DNA of 38,198 bases from a virus (lineage: Duplodnaviria > Caudoviricetes). The DNA lies in IMG/VR virus record IMGVR_UViG_3300020043_004799, positions 1 through 38,198 of that record. The stretch is one strand, 5' to 3'. This document shows positions 23,326 through 30,789 of the stretch, one piece after another. The first letter of the stretch is position 1; each line of letters begins with the position of its first letter. The notes below the pieces were generated by a model, which did no database searches, had not been told where the DNA came from, and saw nothing but the letters and a program-made list of their open reading frames with translations. The position numbers were made by a program, and so were the translations under genes.

Positions 23326-23350
23326 CCTAACGGGCCTTGTGCTGTAATTT
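23322..23350 (+). promoter_or_regulatory. Sigma70-like promoter for coat gene
   Basis: TTGACC-N17-TAATTT. Confidence 0.5.
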
Positions 23351-23450
23351 ATGCCCAAGGCCCCGCCTCCTGTATGGCGCGTATCTGCACAGGCTCCAGC
23401 GTCCTCTATCGCTGCGCATCTGATCGGCAACGCAACAAAGGAGGCCAATT

Positions 23451-24677
23451 ATGGCTAACCAGTTTACCAAAGACCTTGAGATTATGTTTGAGAACCTCGT
23501 GGAGGGGTTCGACGCTGCTTGCGTCATGTCCAAGGCTGTTGAAACGTCGTATCCCGACGCCACTTCGATGCAGCGCTCGAATGACGTGTTCTATCGCCCG
23601 CAGAACTACCGCACCGCCGTGCAAACTGGCGTGGACATTTCCGGCGGGTCCTCGACCGATCTGATCCAGCGTCAGGTTCCCACCACGTTCCGCACCCCTG
23701 ACAACGTGCGCTACGAAATGAACTTCCTGCAAACCCGCGACCCGCTGCACTATGAACGTGCGGGCCAAGCGGCTGCACTCGATCTTGCGGCCAACATCGA
23801 AGCCAACCTGCTTTCGACCGTTGCATTGCAGGCCGCTATCGTGGTGAAGAAGGTCGGCGTTCTGACGTGGGATGACGCGGCACAGGCGGAAGCGCTGATG
23901 CTGTCGCGCGGTGTTCCGGCTGGCCGTGCGCGCAAGCTGTTCCTGAACCCCTTCGACTACAAGGATGTTGCGAAGGACTTGGGCAACCGCGCTTACATGG
24001 GCGATCTGTCGAAGGATGCGTTCATCCGTTCGCAGGTTCCGTCGATTGCGACGTTTGAAACGTTCCGCACCGACACCCAATACAACCTTGCTGCTATTGG
24101 CACGGTTTCCGGCACCACGATCAACGGCAACCAGTCGTTCACCCCGTCGGCAATGACGGGCGATCTGCCGACTGACAACCGCCGGATGACGCTGGTTGTG
24201 CAAGGCGCGAACATCGCAAACACCAAGAACGGTGACACCTTCACCATCGCTGGCGTGAACGCTGTCCACAACGTCGACAAGACCGACACTGGCCAGTTGA
24301 TGACCTTCCGCATCATCAGCGGCGCGGGCACTGTGAACCTTGTCATCACTCCGGCAATCATTGCCAGCGGCCCTTACCGGAACGTCACCGCACAAGCGGC
24401 TAACAGCGCGGCTGTGTCGTTCCTGAATACCGTGACGAAACCCGTTAACGCGTTCTTCTCTGACGGTGCTGTGACGCTGGACTATGGCGATATTGCGGTG
24501 CAGTCTAACCAAGGCGTCAACTGGATGAAGGCCCGCACCAAGCAGGGCGTTCCTCTGGCGATGGGCTATTCGCAGAACCTGCTGACGGGCGTTACCACGG
24601 TTCGCTGTGTGACGCGCTATGCGACCACGGTTCTTGACCCCGAACTGTGCGGCATTATCATCGCAAACCAATCGTAG
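23451..24677 (+). CDS. Major capsid protein, P22 coat (gp5) family
   Basis: 408 aa, AAAGGAGG RBS, GDTFTIAGVNAVH insertion-domain motif. Confidence 0.92.
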   Translation: MANQFTKDLEIMFENLVEGFDAACVMSKAVETSYPDATSMQRSNDVFYRPQNYRTAVQTGVDISGGSSTDLIQRQVPTTFRTPDNVRYEMNFLQTRDPLHYERAGQAAALDLAANIEANLLSTVALQAAIVVKKVGVLTWDDAAQAEALMLSRGVPAGRARKLFLNPFDYKDVAKDLGNRAYMGDLSKDAFIRSQVPSIATFETFRTDTQYNLAAIGTVSGTTINGNQSFTPSAMTGDLPTDNRRMTLVVQGANIANTKNGDTFTIAGVNAVHNVDKTDTGQLMTFRIISGAGTVNLVITPAIIASGPYRNVTAQAANSAAVSFLNTVTKPVNAFFSDGAVTLDYGDIAVQSNQGVNWMKARTKQGVPLAMGYSQNLLTGVTTVRCVTRYATTVLDPELCGIIIANQS

Positions 24678-24680
24678 GTC

Positions 24681-25205
24681 TTACCTACCTTGGAAGCTGC
24701 CGTGGTGTTTTTCGGCAGCTTCCTTCCTAGCCAAAATGGCTGTGTCTTTGTCTGGAAAGCTACCAAGGTGAACGAGCCGCCCGTCAAACCCGATGTAAGC
24801 GACCCACTTTCCGGAAGTCTTGTTGAAGGACACTCCGCGAACCCCACTTGTCCCGTTTTTGGCCGGGCCACTTCTATTCATTTGGTTTTGCGAGTGCGTA
24901 GCAAAGCGCAAATTGCATCTGCGGTTATCAAGGCCATTCCCATTGATGTGATCAACCTGCATGTCTGGGAACCCCATGATGAGGCGGTGCATCAGCGCGC
25001 GGTATCCAGACCCATAAGACTTATCCTCTCTGCGCATAGCATAGATGTTCTTGCGGCCTCTTGGAGTGAAAGCGGTCCAGTTTGTATCGATGACAAGGCC
25101 AATGTCTGCCGCGTCAATAATGGATTCAAACCCTCTGGTGAGGGTGATGAATGCAACATCTCCTTCAACTCTGATCTGTCGGACTGGTCGTTTAGTCATA
25201 GACAT
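24681..25205 (-). CDS. HNH-AP2 homing endonuclease, free-standing and antisense
   Basis: MHRLIM..VDHINGNGLDNRRCNLR..N; TSGVRGV..KWVAYI..HLGSF. Confidence 0.92.
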   Translation of the reverse strand: MSMTKRPVRQIRVEGDVAFITLTRGFESIIDAADIGLVIDTNWTAFTPRGRKNIYAMRREDKSYGSGYRALMHRLIMGFPDMQVDHINGNGLDNRRCNLRFATHSQNQMNRSGPAKNGTSGVRGVSFNKTSGKWVAYIGFDGRLVHLGSFPDKDTAILARKEAAEKHHGSFQGR

Positions 25206-25273
25206 AAGCAATCCCCTCACTTTACCAATGAATACCTGATGGCGGCAAACATGTCAATAATCAGAGGGGCCGC

Positions 25274-25744
25274 ATGATGGCGCAATGGTCCAAGCTTGAC
25301 GTGATCCAGCAAGCCTTTTCCGAAATCGGAAAGGGCGCTTATGAATTTGACCTCCAGCCCGAAGATCTGCAAACGGCGTTGCGAAAGCTCGACGCCATGA
25401 TGGCATCATGGGGCGGGTCGCTTGGGATGCGCGTTGGGTTCTCTGGTGGAGATGGCAAGGGTGCGCTGGGCGTGGATACTGCCGTGCCGGATTGGGCCTA
25501 TGAGGCGCTGTATCTCAACCTTGCGCTGCGGCTCTGCCCTGACTACGGCAAGACGCCATCGCCAATCACGCTGATGAATGCCAAGGCGGCTATGGACGCC
25601 GTGCGGGTGCGAACCGTGCAGCCCATGACGCGGCGCTTTGGCGGGTATGGTGGCGCGGGCAATGGCGGGGTTGCTCTGCCTGTGCCTGAGACGGATTTGG
25701 CCGCAGGGTCTGATAGCACTTTCACAATCGGGAGCGGCACATGA
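25274..25744 (+). CDS. Head-tail adaptor, P22 gp4-like
   Basis: ALRKLDAMMASW..NLALRLCPDYG..GGAGN. Confidence 0.85.
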   Translation: MMAQWSKLDVIQQAFSEIGKGAYEFDLQPEDLQTALRKLDAMMASWGGSLGMRVGFSGGDGKGALGVDTAVPDWAYEALYLNLALRLCPDYGKTPSPITLMNAKAAMDAVRVRTVQPMTRRFGGYGGAGNGGVALPVPETDLAAGSDSTFTIGSGT

Positions 25745-26187
25745 CCGTAACTATCGGCGATCTGACCAGTGCAACGGCGCTGTCGTCCTCTGACCAGTTT
25801 CCAATCGCAAGCGGATCGGACCGCGACACGCGCAAGGCGTCGCTGGATTTGCTGCGGTCTTGGCTTGATGCAAACCTGACCTTTCCGGCGAAACTGACGC
25901 ACCAATACGCAGCCCCGTCGGCAACGGCGTTCTCGGTGACTGTTGCGGCGGCTGACACATGGCTGATCCTGACGCCTGTTGCGGGATATGCGGATGGCAC
26001 CATCGTTCTGCCTGCCACACGGTCAAACGGGCAGCGGGTGCAGGTTAACAGCACTCAGGCTGTCACGGCTTTGGTGGTGAGCGGAAACGGCACAACGGTG
26101 ACGGGTGCGCCCACAACGCTTGCGGCGAATGCGTTCTTTACCCTGATGTATGACGCCACGCTCAATGCTTGGTATCGTGTGGCCTGA
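25741..26187 (+). CDS. Virion structural protein
   Basis: Thr/Ala-rich beta-type sequence between gp4- and gp10-like genes. Confidence 0.7.
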   Translation: MTVTIGDLTSATALSSSDQFPIASGSDRDTRKASLDLLRSWLDANLTFPAKLTHQYAAPSATAFSVTVAAADTWLILTPVAGYADGTIVLPATRSNGQRVQVNSTQAVTALVVSGNGTTVTGAPTTLAANAFFTLMYDATLNAWYRVA

Positions 26188-27581
26188 TGGTAGCTATTCC
26201 CGTCATGTCGGGTATCGTGGCGGATGGCACTGACTTCCGCACGGCTTTCCCATTGAACCTTGTGCCTGTGCCGAAAACCACGGGCCTATCCGAGGGATAC
26301 CTGAAACCCGCAAGCGGGATTGTAACTGTTGCGGATGCTGGCGGGGCCAATCGCGGCGGGTATCGGTGGCGCGGGGTGCATTATCGCGTGATGGGCAACA
26401 ACTTCATTTCCGTGACGGATGCGGGGGTGATGGTGACAATTGGGACCGTCGCGGGCATCGATTGGGTGACGTTTGATGAAAGCTTTGACCATCTTGCGAT
26501 CAATGGCGGCGGCAACCTGTATATGTATGACGGGACCACGTTTACGCAGGTGACGGATGTTGACCTTGGCACGTCGATTGATGTGGTGTGGGTCAATGGC
26601 TACTTCGTTTCGACCGATGGCGAATTCCTGATTTCCAGCGACATTAACGACCCGTTTTCCTACAACGTGCTGCGCTATGCGTCGTCAGAGGTCAGCCCTG
26701 ATCCTGTCGTGGCATTGCAGAAAATCCGCAGCGAAATCTATGCGGTAAACCGATACAGCATTGAGGTTTTCGGGGCTATCATTGAGCCGGGGACCGCGTT
26801 TCCGTTTGCGCGGATCGAGGGGGCGCAGATCACCAAGGGCGCGGTTGGATCGCGGGCTTGCTGCGAGTTTATGCAGGCTTTGGCATTCGTCGGCAGCGGG
26901 CCGAACGATCCGCCTTCGGTATGGCTTGGATCATCGGCGCAGGCTGCTAAAATCTCGACACGGGACATTGACGCGGAATTGCAGTCGTATAGCGATGCCG
27001 TGCTGTCCACCGTGGTTGTCGAAAGCCGTGCGGACTTGGGCCATGACTTTCTCTATATCCACCTTCCGAGCAAGACGCTTGTGTATGATGGCAATGCCAG
27101 CGCTGCTATCGGTCAGCCTGTGTGGCATGTTCTTAACTCTGGAGCCGGATACCGCGCGCGCGGGTTTGTGTGGTGTTACGGGCAATGGAATGTGGCGGAC
27201 CCGTTCGGAACCAAGATCGGGGTGCTGTCCGATGCGGTCGGCTCGCATTACGGCGATGCGGTCCAGTGGGAGTTTGTGACGCCAATCGCCTATAACGAGG
27301 GGCGCGGGGTGCAGGTGCATGAGTTGGAACTCATGGCGCTGTCTGGTGATATTGCGGTCGGGGATGACCCGATGATTGCCGCCAGTTATTCGCTTGATGG
27401 CGAAACATGGTCGCAGCCGCGCTATATCAGGGCTGGGCGGATGGGTGAGCGCACCAAGCGGCTTGTGTGGGATCGGCAGGGCAGTTTCCGCAACTGGCGT
27501 GTGCAGCGGTTCCAAGGTGACAGCCGCGCGCATTTGTCCTTCGCACGGCTTGAGGCGCGGTTCGAGGTGCTGGCGGTATGA
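26187..27581 (+). CDS. Tail hub / packaged-DNA stabilization protein, P22 gp10-like
   Basis: About 465 aa beta-propeller-like sequence; SLDGETWS..G..GE..KRLVW; position. Confidence 0.88.
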   Translation: MVAIPVMSGIVADGTDFRTAFPLNLVPVPKTTGLSEGYLKPASGIVTVADAGGANRGGYRWRGVHYRVMGNNFISVTDAGVMVTIGTVAGIDWVTFDESFDHLAINGGGNLYMYDGTTFTQVTDVDLGTSIDVVWVNGYFVSTDGEFLISSDINDPFSYNVLRYASSEVSPDPVVALQKIRSEIYAVNRYSIEVFGAIIEPGTAFPFARIEGAQITKGAVGSRACCEFMQALAFVGSGPNDPPSVWLGSSAQAAKISTRDIDAELQSYSDAVLSTVVVESRADLGHDFLYIHLPSKTLVYDGNASAAIGQPVWHVLNSGAGYRARGFVWCYGQWNVADPFGTKIGVLSDAVGSHYGDAVQWEFVTPIAYNEGRGVQVHELELMALSGDIAVGDDPMIAASYSLDGETWSQPRYIRAGRMGERTKRLVWDRQGSFRNWRVQRFQGDSRAHLSFARLEARFEVLAV

Positions 27582-28129
27582 GTGATTTGAACCTGCCAAC
27601 GCGAAACGTCGTTAACGTGGTTTCCCACGGCGATCATCGCATGGTGAAATGGTTCGAGGATGCGACTAAGGCTATTCAGTCGCAAACAGGCTGGGGAACG
27701 TATACGCACAACGGCGCTACACAGTCGATTGTGGCGGGGGTGCAGGAGCCGCTTGAGAATAACAAGGGCATCCTGATTGAGACGCAGAAACCTGCTGACG
27801 TGGTGACATTCTACGATGGCACGGTGATTACGGGCCGATCCGGCGACGGGGTGGCAATCGGGATTGAGTTGACGTTCACCCCAACTGCCAATGGCCTGTA
27901 TGAATTTGTCATGTCGATTGATCTGGGCGGTGCAATCGGTGAGTTGTATTCAAGCCAATACCCGATCACCAAAGGCAACGGGGTTCCGCACAAGCTGGCA
28001 TACACGGCAATCGCCTATCAGCTTGATACGTGGGAGGCCAACGGCGGCACGGTCAAAGTTGTCTGCGATGGGCCGGGGGATATTACGGCTGTGCGGTACG
28101 TGATCCAGCGGACGCACCGGGCGCGGTAA
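27578..28129 (+). CDS. Tail protein at the needle (gp26) position
   Basis: Synteny; short helix followed by beta-rich domain. Confidence 0.55.
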   Translation: MSDLNLPTRNVVNVVSHGDHRMVKWFEDATKAIQSQTGWGTYTHNGATQSIVAGVQEPLENNKGILIETQKPADVVTFYDGTVITGRSGDGVAIGIELTFTPTANGLYEFVMSIDLGGAIGELYSSQYPITKGNGVPHKLAYTAIAYQLDTWEANGGTVKVVCDGPGDITAVRYVIQRTHRAR

Positions 28130-28130
28130 C

Positions 28131-28159
28131 TTGACTGGCGGGCGGAATGCGGGTAATGT
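28131..28159 (+). promoter_or_regulatory. Sigma70-like promoter for ejection operon
   Basis: TTGACT-N17-TAATGT. Confidence 0.55.
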
Positions 28160-28209
28160 TTCGTCAGCCGCGCATCACGCCACCCGGCAGGCACTCGCAC
28201 GAGGATGCA

Positions 28210-28650
28210 ATGACGGCAGAAACCAATCTCGCAACGCACTTCACAACGCTTGGCATCCCTGCCACGGCGCAATCTTGGCTTCTGGACCTGTGGAATGTCA
28301 TTCAGGTCTTGGACGATGCCGCTGATGGTGATCGAGCTGACCCCAATGACGTTTCGCGCGCGGTTTGGTCTATCTTCGCAACGATGCCGCTGAATGACTT
28401 CTATCGCCAGTATTCCGCTGTTTTGCAGCCTGTCTTGGTGTTGCAGATACTCAAGTGGGAAGCGGCAAACGAGGCCGAGGCGCGCGGGCTGGCGAATGAA
28501 AAAAGCTATGTCTGGCGGGCGGGCTATTACGACGTTGTGCTGATGGTCTGCCATTTGTGCGGCATCGGGAATGTCGGCCATGCCTGCATGGAAATGTATG
28601 GCGAAACGTATTCGGAATATCTGGAGGATCAAAAATGCCGGGGCCTCTAG
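28210..28650 (+). CDS. All-helical protein with QxxDDxxD motif
   Basis: GAGG RBS; VIQVLDDAADGD. Confidence 0.75.
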   Translation: MTAETNLATHFTTLGIPATAQSWLLDLWNVIQVLDDAADGDRADPNDVSRAVWSIFATMPLNDFYRQYSAVLQPVLVLQILKWEAANEAEARGLANEKSYVWRAGYYDVVLMVCHLCGIGNVGHACMEMYGETYSEYLEDQKCRGL

Positions 28651-29306
28651 TCGCAGGCATCGCGGGTTCTGTCGGATCAGCGCTGATCCAGAGCAGCGCG
28701 GCCAATAAGGCATCAAAAGCCCAAAGCGCTGCTGCTGATGCACAGATCGCGGAAAGCCGCCGCCAGTTTGACTTGGTGCAGGGCTTGCTTAAGCCCTATG
28801 TCGAAAGCGGAACAGGCGCGCTGAAAGGTATGCTAGACCTCGCTGGCATCGGTGGCGGTGGAACGACCACGGCGCAACAGGCACAGCAGGCCGCGATTGA
28901 TCAACTGTCCGGCGGCGCGCAGTTTGGCGAGTTGGTGCGGCAGGGCGAATATGGATTGCTGGCAAACCGTGCGGCAACTGGAGGGCTTCGCGGCGGCGAT
29001 ACCCAAGCGGCGCTGGCACAGTTTCGCCCGCAAATGCTGCAAGCCTTGATCGACAAGCAGCTTTCGACGTTGGGAGGCATTGCAGCGAATGGCCAGAACG
29101 CGGCGGCACAGACGGGAACGGCGGCACAGAATACGGCCTCACAGGTCAATCAGGCGCTTGGTGATCGTGGGGCAGCGCAAGCAGGGTCTGCACTGGCAAG
29201 CGGTCAGGCATGGGCAAACGCGGGTTCCGGCATTCTGAATACGCTTGGCGGCATGGCGCAACCTTTGACACCGGGCGGTGGCGCTTGGCAGAAATGGACA
29301 TTTTGA
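28635..29306 (+). CDS. DNA ejection protein, P22 gp7-like
   Basis: Hydrophobic Gly/Ala N-terminus, AQSAA..LKPYVESG, GGLRGG; GGAGG RBS. Confidence 0.85.
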   Translation: MPGPLVAGIAGSVGSALIQSSAANKASKAQSAAADAQIAESRRQFDLVQGLLKPYVESGTGALKGMLDLAGIGGGGTTTAQQAQQAAIDQLSGGAQFGELVRQGEYGLLANRAATGGLRGGDTQAALAQFRPQMLQALIDKQLSTLGGIAANGQNAAAQTGTAAQNTASQVNQALGDRGAAQAGSALASGQAWANAGSGILNTLGGMAQPLTPGGGAWQKWTF

Positions 29307-29307
29307 T

Positions 29308-30660
29308 ATGGTGCAGCCGTTTAATTACGCCCTAGATGTGATTGACCCCGTGCAGGCGATGCAAAGCGGCATGGCCTTCGGTCAACAGCAACGCGCTGGC
29401 GAGCAATCAATGGCGCTCAATGCCAATGCTGATCAACGGGCGCAAACCGCATTCGCGCAGGACACGACGCTATTCAATCAGGCGCAAGAGGATCGCGTTG
29501 CGGCACAGGCAGCACAGAGGGCAATGAATGCCGATCTAGCGTCGCTGGCCGAGCGTATTGATTCTGGCAACTATTCGTCGCAGGACTTCGCGGCGATGGC
29601 GGCAAAGTATCCTGATTTGACCGACGAAATGTCGAAGATGTGGGAAGGCCAGACGAAAGAGCGCAAGGATGCTGACGTGGCGAGCCTGTTCAAGGGCGTG
29701 ACCGCGATCAAGGCCGGACGCGCTGACCTTGCCGTTCAAATGCTGGAGGAACGCGCAGTTGCGGCGGAAAATGCTGGCGACCAGATGGAGGCTGATATTG
29801 CCCGCGCCACGGCTGCGGCGATCAAGGCTGACCCTGCGGCGGGCATGACTTCGCTGGGGTTGTTGCTGCAATCTGTTGACCCTGATGCGGCGTTGCAGGT
29901 GTTTGGCGAGGGTCGGCGCGTTCAGTCGTCCAACGCCTATGCAAACGGCACGACGGTGACGGTGTTCAGCGATGGAACGAAGGAAGTTACCGACGCGGCA
30001 GGCACGGTTATTTCAGGGCCGGAAGCGCAGGCGGCGGTTGATGCGGCGCTGGCAAGTGAAGCCGGAATGCGCGGGGCAAATGCGGCGGCGGCAACGGCTG
30101 GCAAACTGACCACTGAGGCCGATCTTGGCACAATGGCAGAGGCGGCAAAAGAGGCAGGCAAGCAGGCTGTTGTGAAGTCCGGCGAGGCATTTGACGCGCT
30201 TGGCAAGGTGCGGTCTAACATCGTCACGATTGATACGGCTGTCGCGGCTCTGGACGCTGGCGCAAACACTGGCATCGTCGCCAAGTATTTCCCCGATGTT
30301 TCGTCGGCCTCGGCTTCGCTGTCCAACGCTATGAACCGCCTCGGGCTTGATGTGATCAGTTCCGTGACCTTCGGCGCGCTGTCCGAGGCCGAAATGAAAC
30401 TGGCAATGGAAACCGCCGTTCCGCGCAATCTCAGCGAGCCGGACCTTCGTGCTTGGCTGCTGTCGAAGAAAGCCGCACAGGAAAAGGCGGCAGAGGCGCT
30501 ATATAACGCGGCTGTATATCTGGGCAAGCCAGGGAACACGCTGGCGACATGGCTAGAGCAAAACCCACCGAAGGCTACTCCGGTTGATGGTTCAGGTTCG
30601 CAGACTGGCGGTGGGTCTTTGGAGGATTTGCTGCGAGAAGTCGAAGGGCTTGGACAGTGA
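29308..30660 (+). CDS. DNA ejection protein, gp20-like
   Basis: Ala/Gln-rich helical protein, FGALSEAE motif, synteny. Confidence 0.75.
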   Translation: MVQPFNYALDVIDPVQAMQSGMAFGQQQRAGEQSMALNANADQRAQTAFAQDTTLFNQAQEDRVAAQAAQRAMNADLASLAERIDSGNYSSQDFAAMAAKYPDLTDEMSKMWEGQTKERKDADVASLFKGVTAIKAGRADLAVQMLEERAVAAENAGDQMEADIARATAAAIKADPAAGMTSLGLLLQSVDPDAALQVFGEGRRVQSSNAYANGTTVTVFSDGTKEVTDAAGTVISGPEAQAAVDAALASEAGMRGANAAAATAGKLTTEADLGTMAEAAKEAGKQAVVKSGEAFDALGKVRSNIVTIDTAVAALDAGANTGIVAKYFPDVSSASASLSNAMNRLGLDVISSVTFGALSEAEMKLAMETAVPRNLSEPDLRAWLLSKKAAQEKAAEALYNAAVYLGKPGNTLATWLEQNPPKATPVDGSGSQTGGGSLEDLLREVEGLGQ

Positions 30661-30778
30661 TGCGGAATGCAAACAGCACAAACAGGATCGATCCCGCCAC
30701 GGCCAACTCAAGGCCAACGGCGGATAGCAAGAGCAGAAAGTAGCAGCCGACAGCGGCCCAAATCCAGATCAGAAGCAT
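30575..30778 (-). CDS. Antisense 67-aa two-TM membrane protein
   Basis: MLLIWIWAAVGCYFLLLLSAVGLELAVAGSILFVLFAF fills the gap between ejection genes. Confidence 0.55.
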   Translation of the reverse strand: MLLIWIWAAVGCYFLLLLSAVGLELAVAGSILFVLFAFRITVQALRLLAANPPKTHRQSANLNHQPE

Positions 30779-30789
30779 AAGAGCAGTAT

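Noticed and set aside
20276-24671. Long antisense ORFs (20276..21556, 22657..23448, 23406..24671)
   Set aside because: Shadows of portal, scaffold and coat genes in GC-rich DNA; no motifs
24690-25277. Plus-strand 195-aa ORF or intron after the coat gene
   Set aside because: It is the antisense shadow of the HNH-AP2 gene; the coat gene ends normally and no intron core was seen
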